This document shows, one piece after another, positions 1-10,403 of a DNA stretch of 64,000 nucleotides. A program made the position numbers and the translations under genes. The first letter of the stretch is position 1. The number at the start of each line of letters is the position of its first letter. Below the pieces are notes generated by a model. The model saw only the letters and a list, made by a program, of their open reading frames with translations. It ran no database searches and was not told the origin of the DNA. The DNA is from Isosphaeraceae bacterium (lineage in GTDB: Bacteria > Planctomycetota > Planctomycetia > Isosphaerales > Isosphaeraceae). Location of the stretch: contig CBDAVP010000002.1 of the NCBI GenBank assembly GCA_965201075.1, positions 62,001 through 126,000 of the forward strand. The letters are read 5' to 3'.

Positions 1-519
1 CTCACCAATGGACCGACCGGAAACCTGCCCAACCTCTTGACCAAACGGGATTTCGGCGACGTCGAGATCCATGCGGAATTTCTGATCCCCCCGCGGTCGA
101 ACTCGGGGATCAAGCTGGAAGGTCTGTACGAGATTCAGATTTTCGACAGCTTTGGCAAAGCCCCCGCGAAGGCCGACGACTGCGGCGGGATCTACCCCCG
201 CGCCGAGCTTTTGCCGAGCTACCATCACATCGACGACGGAATTCCCCCCCGGCTCAACGCTTGCCGACCGCCCGGGGAATGGCAGACGCTCGACATCCGC
301 TTTCGAGCGCCGAAGTTCAACGCCGAGGGACGGAAGGTCGCGCCGGCCCGGTTTGAGCGGGTCGAGCTGAACGGCCAGGTCGTCCAGGAAAACGTCGACG
401 TGCCGACTCCCACCGGACATGCCTGGCACGATGCCGAGCGGCCCGCCGGCCCAATCTTGCTCCAGGGGGACCACGGGCCCGTCGGGTTTCGCAACCTTCG
501 GGCCCGCCCCCTCGATTGA
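1..519 (+). CDS. DUF1080 / 3-keto-disaccharide hydrolase family protein (5' partial)
   Basis: Frame open from base 1; motifs NSGIKL..YEIQI.DS, CGGIY, GEWQTLDI.F.AP, LNG..V, GPI.LQGDHGPV.FRN. Confidence 0.85.
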   Translation, partial: LTNGPTGNLPNLLTKRDFGDVEIHAEFLIPPRSNSGIKLEGLYEIQIFDSFGKAPAKADDCGGIYPRAELLPSYHHIDDGIPPRLNACRPPGEWQTLDIRFRAPKFNAEGRKVAPARFERVELNGQVVQENVDVPTPTGHAWHDAERPAGPILLQGDHGPVGFRNLRARPLD

Positions 520-526
520 GGTCGGC

Positions 527-1018
527 TCAGGCGCGATCTTCCTCGCTGGTCACGTCGGGCACGTCCTCGCCCAGGGCGGTCGCCAGGTCCATCTGGTGCT
601 CCTGCTCCTGGACGAGAATCCCGCGAATCTTCTCGGCCAGAGCGTACTCGCCGAGGGTTTCGGCCTGGCGGACCCTGACCTTGTAGTTGCGGATCGTCTC
701 GTTCTCGTTTTCGAGGTCGAAACGAAGCATCTCCTCGGCTTTTTCCGAGGTCTTGACGAGCTTCGGCGTGGTGGTGGGCATTCCGCCGAGGTAGTCAATC
801 TGCTGAGAGAGCGTGATGGCGTGTTCCAGCTCCTCCCCGGCGTGAACCTCCAACTCCTTCGCGATGTTCATGTACGCGGCGCCCTTGAGCACCTGGGAGT
901 ACACGACGTAAGCGATAATGGCCTGGTACTCTCGGGAAAGGTCCTCGTTGAGCAGGTCAATCATCTGCTGACGGGTGATCTTGGATGTCGCTTCGCCACG
1001 ATCCACGTCGCTGGCCAT
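527..1018 (-). CDS. bfr: Bacterioferritin-like / ferritin-family di-iron protein
   Basis: Four-helix ferroxidase pattern: LNEDLSREY, EELEHA...I.YLGG.P, DLENE, QEQEH; GAGGAG RBS upstream. Confidence 0.8.
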   Translation of the reverse strand: MASDVDRGEATSKITRQQMIDLLNEDLSREYQAIIAYVVYSQVLKGAAYMNIAKELEVHAGEELEHAITLSQQIDYLGGMPTTTPKLVKTSEKAEEMLRFDLENENETIRNYKVRVRQAETLGEYALAEKIRGILVQEQEHQMDLATALGEDVPDVTSEEDRA

Positions 1019-1413
1019 GAGATACTCCTCGAAAACAAAAAAGCGGCTCGGGACGGTTTCCTCGGTGATTCGCGACGAACTCCCGTCGCGGGAGAACGCG
1101 AAGCGCGTGGGTTACGATCCAACGGTATCCCCAGGTCCAGCCATGATCCAGAGTTCGGACGCGGGATTCGTGGCTGCTGAGGTTGGGTCAGGCCGGAACT
1201 TGCCGCCGCAACGCTGATCCTTCCCAGGAGCGGGTCCTCGGGAGGTCCGCCCATCATGGCCGGACCGTGCGGCCATCGCCAGTCCGAGGGATGGACGGAA
1301 AATTCGAGAGTGAGAACCCGCCCGGAATTTCGTTTCCGGTTGCCTCCGTCGCTATAAAGATTAGGGAAAGCCTTTGCGGATCTTGCGGTTTCCCCGGACG
1401 GGCGAGTCGAATC

Positions 1414-2709
1414 ATGTCCCGAAATGTTTGGGCCTGCCTTGCGATCGCAATTGGGGTCTCGGGCGTTGGCTGTCAGCAAGCCAAGCCCCCGGTCGTCTCC
1501 AAGGAACCTCCGGTTGTCCTGGTGAGCCAGCCAGTGACCGAGGAGGTGACGGATTCCGAGGAGTTCACCGGGCGGACCGACGCCTTCCAGTCGGTGGAGG
1601 TCCGGGCCCGGGTCACCGGATATCTCGACCAGATTTTTTTCGTTGACGGGACGGAAACGACCGAGGGGGACAAACTGTTCCAGATCGACCCCCGACCTTA
1701 TCAGGCCGAGGTCGACCGGACCGAGGCCGCGGTGGTCCAGGCCGAGGCGCAACTGAAGCGGGCCGACGCCGACCATCGACGGTCGGTCTCCCTGTTCAAC
1801 CGAGGCGTCCAGAGCCGCGAGGAATTCGACCGGGTGACGGGCGATTTCGAGGTCGCCAAGGCGGCCATCGGCATCGCCAAGGCCAATCGGGACCTGTCCA
1901 AACTCAACCTCGGTTTCACCACGGTCACCGCGCCGATCCCGGGATTGCTCAGCCGCAAACAGGTGGACAAGGGCAACCTCGTGAAGGCCGATGAGACGAT
2001 TCTGACCACGATTGTCCGCCTTGACCCCATGTACGTGTATTTCGACGTCGATGAGCGGACCCTGTTGCGAATCCGCCGGATGATTGGCGAAGGCCGAGTT
2101 CAGTCTCGCAACGAGGCCGAGGTCCCGGTTCAGGTGGGGTTCGCCGATGAGGACGGGTTTCCCCACTCCGGCAAGATTGACTTCAGCGAGAACCGAGTCG
2201 ACCCCAGCACTGGCACATTGCGAGTTCGCGGCGTCATCGCCAACCCCAAGTCCGCGCCCAACAAGCCGCGGTTCTTGTCGCCCGGGCTCTTTGTGCGGAC
2301 CCGACTGCCCCTGGGCCAGCCCCATCGGTCGTTGATGATTCCCGAGCAGGCCGTCGGGACCGACCAGGGAAGAAAATTCGTTTACGTGGTCAATGCCAAG
2401 AACGAAGTCGGTTATCGTCCGGTCGAGGTCGGCCTGCTGAACAAGGGGTTGCGAGTGATCGACCACGGGCTGACCACGGGCGAGAACGTCATCGTCAGCG
2501 GTGTGCAGCGGGTCCGTCCGGGCCTGAAAGTCACGCCCAAACTCGCCGACGCGACCCTTCGCGCCCCGGCGGAGAAACCAGAAGCCGCCGCCCCCCCCGG
2601 CGACCCCAAGGCCAAGCCGTCCGGCTCGGCCAAGCCGGCATCCGCGGCGAATTCCTCGTCGCCCGTCGTGATCGGCGGGAACGGGGTGCCCGCGACCGCC
2701 GGCCGTTGA
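1414..2709 (+). CDS. RND efflux periplasmic adaptor (MexE/AcrA-type lipoprotein)
   Basis: Lipobox-like GVGC after hydrophobic leader; VEVRARVTGYL, LFQIDPRPY, TVTAPI.G, VDPSTGT, IPEQAVGTDQG; start moved to ATG 1414. Confidence 0.93.
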   Translation: MSRNVWACLAIAIGVSGVGCQQAKPPVVSKEPPVVLVSQPVTEEVTDSEEFTGRTDAFQSVEVRARVTGYLDQIFFVDGTETTEGDKLFQIDPRPYQAEVDRTEAAVVQAEAQLKRADADHRRSVSLFNRGVQSREEFDRVTGDFEVAKAAIGIAKANRDLSKLNLGFTTVTAPIPGLLSRKQVDKGNLVKADETILTTIVRLDPMYVYFDVDERTLLRIRRMIGEGRVQSRNEAEVPVQVGFADEDGFPHSGKIDFSENRVDPSTGTLRVRGVIANPKSAPNKPRFLSPGLFVRTRLPLGQPHRSLMIPEQAVGTDQGRKFVYVVNAKNEVGYRPVEVGLLNKGLRVIDHGLTTGENVIVSGVQRVRPGLKVTPKLADATLRAPAEKPEAAAPPGDPKAKPSGSAKPASAANSSSPVVIGGNGVPATAGR

Positions 2710-2777
2710 GTTTGTCCTGAGTTCACGGGCGGCCGGATGGGGTTGGGTCGAGGATCGGGGATACCGGAGGACTGGTC

Positions 2778-5700
2778 GTGATCTCCCGCTTCTTTATTGA
2801 CCGGCCGATCTTCGCGGCCGTTCTGTCGATCGTGATCACGCTCGCGGGCGGAATCGCGGTCTTCACGCTGCCCATCTCGCAGTACCCACCGATCGCCCCA
2901 CCGACGGTCCAGGTCGATTGCACCTACCCCGGCGCCGCTGCTCAGGTCGTCTCGGAAACCGTCGCCACGCCGATTGAGCAGCAGGTCAACGGCGTCGAGA
3001 GCATGCTGTACATGTCCTCGCAGTGCACCAACGACGGCTCGTACAACCTGACCGTCACGTTTAACCACGGCGTCGACCTGAACATGGCTCAGGTGCTGGT
3101 CCAGAACCGGGTCAGCCTGGCGTTGCCCTTGTTGCCCGACGTCATCAAGCAAACCGGGGTCAACGTCAAGAAGAAGTCCCCGGAAATCCTGATGGCGATC
3201 GCCCTCAACTCCCCGTCTCGACGCTACGACCAGCTTTATCTCAGCAACTACGCCTTGATGCAGGTCCGCGACGAGTTGAGCCGGGTGCCCGGGATCAGCG
3301 ACGTGACCTTGCTAGGTCAGCGCGACTACAGCATGAGGGTCTGGGTCGACCCGGAGAAACTCGCCTCCCGCGAGATGACCGCCGCCGACGTGGCGATGGC
3401 CATCCGCGAGCAGAACTCACAGGTTGCCACCGGTCAGATCGGCCAGCCGCCGATTCCCGACGGCCAGATGATCCAGGTGCCGTTGACGACCCTGGGACGG
3501 CTCAAGACCGTCGAGGAATTTCGCGACGTCATCATCAAGGTCGGGCGCGACCGCAACTTTACCCGCTTGCGAGACGTGGCGACGGTCGAGCTGGCGGCCA
3601 AGAACCAGGACATCGGGACCAAGGTCAACGGCAAGCCGTCGGTCAGTCTCGCCATCTTCACCTTGCCCGACGCCAATGCCCTGGAGTGCGCCGATACCGT
3701 CAAGGCGAAGATGGAGGAACTCAAGCAACGGTTCCCCGATGGCGTGGATTATGAGATTCGCTACGACACCACCCCGTTCATCCGCGAGTCGATTGACCGA
3801 GTCTTCGAAACGCTCCAGGAGGCAATCCTCCTGGTGGCGATCGTGGTGCTGGTGTTCCTCCAAAACTGGCGGTCGACCCTGATTCCCCTGGTCGCCGTCC
3901 CGGTCGCCATCATCGGCACCTTCGCCGCCATGGCAATCCTGGGATTCTCGATCAATAACCTGACGCTCTTTGGATTGGTGCTGGCCATCGGCATCGTGGT
4001 GGATGACGCGATCGTCGTGGTCGAGGCTGTCGAACATCACATCGAACACGGCCTGGCCCCGCGAGAAGCGACCGTGCGGGCGATGGACGAGGTGAGCGGT
4101 CCGGTGGTGGCGATCGGCCTGGTCCTGACAGCGGTGTTCGTGCCTTGTGCATTCATCACGGGGATCGTGGGTCAGTTTTTCCGTCAGTTCGCGTTGACGA
4201 TCGCGGTGAGCACGGTGATTTCGGCGTTCAACTCGCTGACGTTGAGTCCGGCACTGGCGGCCGTGCTGTTGCGACCCCGGACGCAGAAGTCGCTGGCCAA
4301 TCCCCTGCCGAGGTTGGCGTTCGCCCTGTTGGGAGCCTATCTGGGGTGGGTGGAACTGTCACCCCCCATCGCGGCCCATCTGGGCGGGGTCGCCCACGCG
4401 GCGACGGCTCCGGCGGTCGCCGAGGTGGCGACGAACGCGGCGGGACTTTCTCCGCTGGCGCTGGTTTTGGGAACCCTGGCGGGAGCGGCTGCTGGCTGGG
4501 TGATCGGCTGGCCGGTGAATCGGCTTCTGGGCTTGTTCTTCCGTCTCTTCAATGCGGGCTTCCGTCGGATTACCAGACTTTACGTCTGGGTGGTCGGGGG
4601 AATGCTGCGGGTGAGCTTCGTGGTGCTGGCCGGGTATGGCGGGTTGCTTTACCTGACGTACTGGGGTTTCACGAACACGCCGGCCGGGTTTATTCCCTCG
4701 CAGGACATGGGCTACATCCTGTGCGATGTGCAGTTGCCCGACTCCACTTCCGACGAACGCACCCGCCTGGTGATGGATCACATTGAGTCGATCGCCCGAG
4801 GAGTTCCCGGGGTCAAGTACACCCAGATTATCTCGGGCCAGTCGATGCTACTGAGTGCCAAGGGATCGAACTTCGGGTCGATGTTCGCCATCCTCCAGCC
4901 GTTCAAGGATCGGCCCGACCCGGTGGTCGATCGCTTCTTCCGCTGGATAGCCAAACCCAGGACCGAGGCGTGGGCCCGCCGGACGTTTGGTTGGAAAAAA
5001 AACCCGCCAAAGTCCGGCGAGGCGATCCAGGCCGAGATGCGCAAGCGGTTCGGGGCCAAGGTGATTGACGCGACCGTCACGGTTCTCGGCCCCCCTCCGG
5101 TCCGCGGCGTCGGCCGCGCCGGTGGGTTCAAGCTGATGGTCGAAGACCGGGGCGATAACGGCTCGGCCACCCTTCAGGGGCAGACCGACAACCTGGTCGA
5201 CCAGTGCAAGTTACAGCCGGGGCTAGTCGGGATGACCTCGGTTTTCCGCGCCAACGTGCCGTCCTTGTATGTCGACGTGAACCGAACCCAGGTTCTGGCC
5301 AAGGAGGTTACGCTCAAGGATCTTTTCGACACGCTGCGGATCTACCTGGGATCACTGTATGTCAACGATTTCAACCTCTTTGGACGGACCTGGCAGGTGG
5401 TGGTCCAGGCCGATCAGCCCTTCCGCAATACGATCAACGACGTCCGTCGCCTCAAGGTCCGCAACGCCCATGGCGCGATGGTCCCCCTGGGGACCCTGGC
5501 CGATATCGATGAGATCAACGGGCCCCTGGTCCTGACTCGCTACAACATGTATCCCGCCGCCCCCGTCAATGGGGCCTCGGCGCCCGGGACGAGTTCCGGC
5601 GAGGCGATAAACCTGATGCAGTCCCTGGCCAAGGATCAACTCCTCTCGTCCATGGCTTATGAGTGGACCGAACTGGCGTTCCTGGAACTTCAGGCCGGCA

Positions 5701-6377
5701 GCACGGCAATGATGATTTTCGGCTTCGCCGTGGTGATGGTTTTCCTCGTGCTCGCCGCCCAGTACGAAAGCTGGTCGCTGCCCCTGGCGATCATTTTAGT
5801 TGTGCCGATGTGCCTGCTTAGCGCCGTTATCGGGGTACGGATCGCCGGGGCCGACATCAACATCTTCACCCAGATTGGGTTCGTCGTTCTGGTCGGCCTG
5901 GCCAGCAAGAATGCGATCCTGATCGTCGAGTTCGCCAAGCAGAAACGCGATGCCGGCGAGTCTCGTCGCCAGGCCACCCTGGAGGCGTGTACCCTTCGGC
6001 TCCGGCCGATCATCATGACCTCTTTCGCGTTCATTCTGGGCGTGGTGCCCTTGATTTTGGGCGCCGGGGCCGGGGCCGAGATGCGCCGGACCCTGGGAAT
6101 CACGGTCTTTTCGGGAATGCTCGGGGTGACGCTGTTCGGCATCTTCCTCACGCCGGTATTTTTCTCGGTGATCGACTGGGTGGGCGAGACTCGCCTGTTC
6201 AACTCCCCGACGATGCGTCGCATCAATTCGCTGTCGACCGGGCTGATCTCCTTGCGATTCGCCCGGCACTTTCTTTCCCGAGCCACCGCTCGCAAGCCTT
6301 CCGTGTCGGCGTCCCGGCCTCCGTCGCGGACCGAGCCGGCGGAGGCTCCCGTTGGCGAACTCGTCGAGCATCCGTGA
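2778..6377 (+). CDS. HAE1 RND efflux permease, MexF/BpeF-like (copy 1)
   Basis: MISRFFIDRPIFAAVLS, GIVVDDAIVVVE, KNAILIVEFA, RLRPIIMTS; GGAGG RBS with GTG start. Confidence 0.95.
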   Translation: MISRFFIDRPIFAAVLSIVITLAGGIAVFTLPISQYPPIAPPTVQVDCTYPGAAAQVVSETVATPIEQQVNGVESMLYMSSQCTNDGSYNLTVTFNHGVDLNMAQVLVQNRVSLALPLLPDVIKQTGVNVKKKSPEILMAIALNSPSRRYDQLYLSNYALMQVRDELSRVPGISDVTLLGQRDYSMRVWVDPEKLASREMTAADVAMAIREQNSQVATGQIGQPPIPDGQMIQVPLTTLGRLKTVEEFRDVIIKVGRDRNFTRLRDVATVELAAKNQDIGTKVNGKPSVSLAIFTLPDANALECADTVKAKMEELKQRFPDGVDYEIRYDTTPFIRESIDRVFETLQEAILLVAIVVLVFLQNWRSTLIPLVAVPVAIIGTFAAMAILGFSINNLTLFGLVLAIGIVVDDAIVVVEAVEHHIEHGLAPREATVRAMDEVSGPVVAIGLVLTAVFVPCAFITGIVGQFFRQFALTIAVSTVISAFNSLTLSPALAAVLLRPRTQKSLANPLPRLAFALLGAYLGWVELSPPIAAHLGGVAHAATAPAVAEVATNAAGLSPLALVLGTLAGAAAGWVIGWPVNRLLGLFFRLFNAGFRRITRLYVWVVGGMLRVSFVVLAGYGGLLYLTYWGFTNTPAGFIPSQDMGYILCDVQLPDSTSDERTRLVMDHIESIARGVPGVKYTQIISGQSMLLSAKGSNFGSMFAILQPFKDRPDPVVDRFFRWIAKPRTEAWARRTFGWKKNPPKSGEAIQAEMRKRFGAKVIDATVTVLGPPPVRGVGRAGGFKLMVEDRGDNGSATLQGQTDNLVDQCKLQPGLVGMTSVFRANVPSLYVDVNRTQVLAKEVTLKDLFDTLRIYLGSLYVNDFNLFGRTWQVVVQADQPFRNTINDVRRLKVRNAHGAMVPLGTLADIDEINGPLVLTRYNMYPAAPVNGASAPGTSSGEAINLMQSLAKDQLLSSMAYEWTELAFLELQAGSTAMMIFGFAVVMVFLVLAAQYESWSLPLAIILVVPMCLLSAVIGVRIAGADINIFTQIGFVVLVGLASKNAILIVEFAKQKRDAGESRRQATLEACTLRLRPIIMTSFAFILGVVPLILGAGAGAEMRRTLGITVFSGMLGVTLFGIFLTPVFFSVIDWVGETRLFNSPTMRRINSLSTGLISLRFARHFLSRATARKPSVSASRPPSRTEPAEAPVGELVEHP
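3831..4262 (+). repeat. ~430 bp near-identical segment shared with 7437..7868
   Basis: Direct comparison shows long identical runs including synonymous sites; offset 3606 bp. Confidence 0.9.
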
Positions 6378-6386
6378 GGATTTCGC

Positions 6387-9300
6387 ATGTCGCGCTTCTT
6401 CATCGACCGGCCCATCTTCGCCTCGGTGTTGTCGATCATCATCACCCTGGCCGGCGGCATCGCGGTCTTCACTCTCCCAGTTGCGCAGTATCCCGACATC
6501 ACCCCGCCAACCGTCGAGGTTTCGGCTTACTATCCAGGCGCCAACGCCCGGGTGGTCGCCGACACCGTCGCCGCGCCGATTGAGCAGCAGGTCAACGGCG
6601 TCGAAAACATGCTCTACATGTCGTCGCAATGCACCAACGACGGCATGTACAAGCTTACCGTCACCTTCCGACTGGGCGTTGACCTGAACATGGCCCAGGT
6701 GCTGGTGCAGAACCGCGAGGCGCTCGCCGAGCCGATCTTGCCGGACCTCGTCAAACGCCGAGGCGTGACCGTTAAAAAGAAGTCGCCCAGTCAGTTGATG
6801 ATCGTCAACCTGTTCTCCTCCGACAATACCCGCGATAGTCTTTACCTCAGCAACTACGCGACCATTCAGCTTCGAGACGAGTTGGCCCGCCTCGACGGCA
6901 TCGGCGACATCACCTATCTCGGCCAGCGCGACTACAGCATGAGAATCTGGCTCGACCCGGGCCGGATGTCGTTCCGAGGCCTGACGGCCACCGACGTATC
7001 CCTGGCCATCGAGCAGCAGAATACCCAGGTCGCCGCCGGTCAGATTGGTCAGCCACCCGTCCCGACCGGTCAGGTCTTTCAGTACACAATGAGTACGCTC
7101 GGACGACTCAAGGACCCCGAGCAGTTCGCCGACATCATCCTCAAAACCGACACCGATGGCCGCATCGTGCGTCTGCGCGACGTTGCCAAGATTGAGCTTG
7201 GCGCTCAGGCTTACGACCAGTCTTGCACCCTCGACGGCAAGCCCTCGGTGGCCCTGTCGATCTACCAACGCCCCGGCTCCAACGCTCTCCAGACGGCCCA
7301 ACTCGTCCGCGACAAGATGGTGGAGCTGAAGGAGCGTTTCCCTCAGGGACTCGACTACGCGATCGTTTACGACACCACTCCGTTCATTACCGAATCCGTC
7401 AGTGAGGTGTTTAACACGTTGCGAGACGCCATCCTTCTGGTGGCGATCGTGGTGCTGGTGTTCCTCCAAAACTGGCGGTCGACCCTGATTCCCCTGGTCG
7501 CCGTCCCGGTCGCCATCATCGGCACCTTCGCCGCCATGGCCATGTTCGGATTCTCCCTCAACAACCTGACGCTCTTTGGGTTGGTGCTGGCCATCGGCAT
7601 CGTGGTGGATGACGCGATCGTCGTGGTCGAGGCTGTCGAACATCACATCGAACACGGCCTGGCCCCGCGAGAAGCGACCGTGCGGGCGATGGACGAGGTG
7701 AGCGGACCGGTGGTGGCGATCGGCCTGGTCCTGACGGCGGTGTTCGTGCCTTGTGCGTTCATCACGGGGATCGTGGGTCAGTTTTTCCGCCAGTTCGCGT
7801 TGACGATCGCGGTGAGCACGGTGATTTCGACGTTCAACTCACTGACGCTGAGCCCGGCGCTGGCCGCCCTCTTGCTTCGTCCGCGATCGGCCCAGGGGGC
7901 GAGGCGAGCCCTTCCCACTCTGGCTTACGTCGCCCTGGGTGGATTTCTTGGGTACACCCTCCTGGCCCCGCTCGCCGATCGCTACCTCGGACCGAGCCTG
8001 GCGGGGCGCCTCTCGGCGAGGGACCTGGCCCTGGCAATGAAGGTCGCGGCGACCGTCCTCGGGTTGTTGGGGGGTTGGCTGGTGGCCGGCATCCTGGACC
8101 GGCTGCTGGTCGCGTTCTTCCGCCTATTCAATGCGATCTTCAACGCGGCGACCAATGGCTACACCTGGATGGTCGGCGGATTGCTGCGGGTCAGCGTTTT
8201 GGTCCTGATCGGCTACGGCGGTCTGCTCTACCTGACCGAGCGTGAATTCACCCACACCCCCACCGGCTTCATCCCCGCGCAAGACAAGGGGTATCTCCTG
8301 GTCAACGTCCAGATGCCCGACTCCACCTCCGTCGAGCTAACCCAGAGCGTGATGCGTCGGATCGAGACAATCGCCCGGAAGGTCCCCGGCGTCAGTCATA
8401 CCGTTGCGATCGCCGGTCAGTCCTTGCTGCTCAGCGCCAATGCTCCAAACTTCGGCGCGATGTACGTCATGCTCGACGAGTTCCACCACCGCAACAAACC
8501 AGAGCTCAGCGGCGATGCCATCGCCGCCACTCTCCAGGCGAGGTTTCAGGACCAGATCGAGGACGGTCTCATCAACGTCTTCGGCGCCCCCCCGGTCGAA
8601 GGTTTGGGAACGGCCGGCGGTTTCAAGATCGTTCTCGAAGACCGCGGAGACATGGGTCTGCCAGAACTCCAGTCGATCACCGACCGGGTCGTCGGCCTGG
8701 GAGAGAGCGACTCGTCCTTACAAGATCTCTTCACCAGTTTCCGGGCCAACACCCCCTGGCTCGACCTGACCCTGGACCGGACCAAAGCCAAGACGATGGG
8801 CGTCTCCATGGCCGAGGTCTTCAACACTCTCCAGATTTACCTCGGGTCGCTCTACGTCAACGACTTCAACAAGTTCGGCCGGACCTGGCAGGTCAACGTC
8901 CAAGGCGGGGCCGATTTCCGCAAACAGATCGACGACCTCCAGCAACTCAAAATTCGCAACCTCGCTGGTGGCATGGTCCCGCTGGCAACCCTCGGCGAAG
9001 TCCACGACGTCAGCGGCCCGAGCATGATCGTCCGCTACAACATGTATCCCTCCTCAACCATCAACGGAAACCCCGCTCCTGGGATCAGTTCGGGTCAGGC
9101 GATCGACGCTCTCCAGAACATCACCGTGCGCGAACTGCCGCAGTCGATGCGTCCGGAATGGACCGAATTGGCCCTCCTACAGCTCCAGACGGGCAACACC
9201 GCCATGCTGGTGTTCCTGCTGGCGGTGGTCCTGGTTTTCCTCGTTCTGGCCGCCCAGTATGAGAGCTGGACCCTCCCGCTGGCGGTGATCCTGGTGGTTC

Positions 9301-9860
9301 CGATGTGCTTGCTCTGCTCGGTCATCGGCGTCAACGTCGCCCAAATGGACATTAACATCTTCACTCAAGTTGGGTTCGTCGTACTGGTTGGGCTGGCCTG
9401 CAAGAACGCCATCCTGATCGTCGAGTTCGCCAAGGCCGAGAGCGAAAAAGGCGTACCCCGTTTCGCCGCCACGATCGAGGCCTGCAAACTACGCCTCCGG
9501 CCGATCATGATGACGTCGTTCGCGTTCATCCTCGGAGTTCTGCCCCTGGTCATCTCCGAGGGGGCTGGCGCCGAGATGAGACGAACGCTGGGAACCGCCG
9601 TCTTCAGCGGGATGCTCGGCGTCACGATCTTCGGGATTTTCCTCACGCCGGTCTTCTACTATGTGATCCAATGGTTCACCGACACGGTGGCCGGCACGCT
9701 CGACTCCTCACGCGTCCCGCTCCACGAGGCCCACGACGCCGCCGATGGTCGGACCAATGGACACGGCAACGGCCATCATGTCCTGGAACCGGTCGGGATC
9801 GGCCACTCCGACAGCCGGCGGCTGATGGCCGACCCTCAACGCGACCCCCAAGCCGAATAA
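6387..9860 (+). CDS. HAE1 RND efflux permease, MexF/BpeF-like (copy 2)
   Basis: Same RND motifs; tandem paralog starting 9 bp after copy 1 stop. Confidence 0.95.
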   Translation: MSRFFIDRPIFASVLSIIITLAGGIAVFTLPVAQYPDITPPTVEVSAYYPGANARVVADTVAAPIEQQVNGVENMLYMSSQCTNDGMYKLTVTFRLGVDLNMAQVLVQNREALAEPILPDLVKRRGVTVKKKSPSQLMIVNLFSSDNTRDSLYLSNYATIQLRDELARLDGIGDITYLGQRDYSMRIWLDPGRMSFRGLTATDVSLAIEQQNTQVAAGQIGQPPVPTGQVFQYTMSTLGRLKDPEQFADIILKTDTDGRIVRLRDVAKIELGAQAYDQSCTLDGKPSVALSIYQRPGSNALQTAQLVRDKMVELKERFPQGLDYAIVYDTTPFITESVSEVFNTLRDAILLVAIVVLVFLQNWRSTLIPLVAVPVAIIGTFAAMAMFGFSLNNLTLFGLVLAIGIVVDDAIVVVEAVEHHIEHGLAPREATVRAMDEVSGPVVAIGLVLTAVFVPCAFITGIVGQFFRQFALTIAVSTVISTFNSLTLSPALAALLLRPRSAQGARRALPTLAYVALGGFLGYTLLAPLADRYLGPSLAGRLSARDLALAMKVAATVLGLLGGWLVAGILDRLLVAFFRLFNAIFNAATNGYTWMVGGLLRVSVLVLIGYGGLLYLTEREFTHTPTGFIPAQDKGYLLVNVQMPDSTSVELTQSVMRRIETIARKVPGVSHTVAIAGQSLLLSANAPNFGAMYVMLDEFHHRNKPELSGDAIAATLQARFQDQIEDGLINVFGAPPVEGLGTAGGFKIVLEDRGDMGLPELQSITDRVVGLGESDSSLQDLFTSFRANTPWLDLTLDRTKAKTMGVSMAEVFNTLQIYLGSLYVNDFNKFGRTWQVNVQGGADFRKQIDDLQQLKIRNLAGGMVPLATLGEVHDVSGPSMIVRYNMYPSSTINGNPAPGISSGQAIDALQNITVRELPQSMRPEWTELALLQLQTGNTAMLVFLLAVVLVFLVLAAQYESWTLPLAVILVVPMCLLCSVIGVNVAQMDINIFTQVGFVVLVGLACKNAILIVEFAKAESEKGVPRFAATIEACKLRLRPIMMTSFAFILGVLPLVISEGAGAEMRRTLGTAVFSGMLGVTIFGIFLTPVFYYVIQWFTDTVAGTLDSSRVPLHEAHDAADGRTNGHGNGHHVLEPVGIGHSDSRRLMADPQRDPQAE
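7437..7868 (+). repeat. Second copy of near-identical RND transmembrane-coding segment
   Basis: Matches 3831..4262. Confidence 0.9.
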
Positions 9861-9880
9861 CCCCTCCGGAGGCCATCGCC

Positions 9881-10381
9881 GTGTGTCCCAGCCTGCTTGC
9901 CTTACTGCTGATTCTCCCCACGGCGGAACCTCCCACCCCCACGCCTCCACCCGAACCCGCGGCACTCAAGGTCCATGACGCCGTTCCCAAGCCCGAGATG
10001 GAGCCTCGCGACGTCGTGTTGACCGTGCTGGAAGCCCTCCGCCTGAACGACCAGCCGCGCAAGGACGCAGGAATCACCACGACCTTCCGCTTCGCCTCCC
10101 CCGAGAATCAAAAAGTCACTGGCCCAATCGAACATTTCACTCAGATCGTGAAGCATCCCTCCTACCGGCCAATGCTTAACCACAAGGCCGCCAACCTCGA
10201 CCCAACGCGTCGCGTGGGGGATCGGGCCTTCCTGCATGCGCGGCTGACCACCTCCGAAGGGATGGTCGTCGAGTACGACTTCCTGCTCTCGAAAGATCCA
10301 AAATCGCAATGCTGGCTCACCGACGGGGTCATGCCCTCCCCGCCGCCCGCGCCTCCCTTGCCCAACGCCGAGGTCATCTGA
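9881..10381 (+). CDS. DUF4864-like exported protein
   Basis: GGAGG then GTG; hydrophobic leader; P.P.MEPRDVV...L.ALR.ND, F.FASP.N...TGP.EHF, CWLTDGV. Confidence 0.7.
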   Translation: MCPSLLALLLILPTAEPPTPTPPPEPAALKVHDAVPKPEMEPRDVVLTVLEALRLNDQPRKDAGITTTFRFASPENQKVTGPIEHFTQIVKHPSYRPMLNHKAANLDPTRRVGDRAFLHARLTTSEGMVVEYDFLLSKDPKSQCWLTDGVMPSPPPAPPLPNAEVI

Positions 10382-10403
10382 AGCGATTCGCGGGGTGGAA
10401 GGG

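Noticed and set aside
1183..1413. Extended N-termini given by the ORF track (also for moxR, GH1, cgs, ABC exporter, pyrD, methyltransferase)
   Set aside because: Downstream starts fit RBS position, signal peptides or family N-termini better
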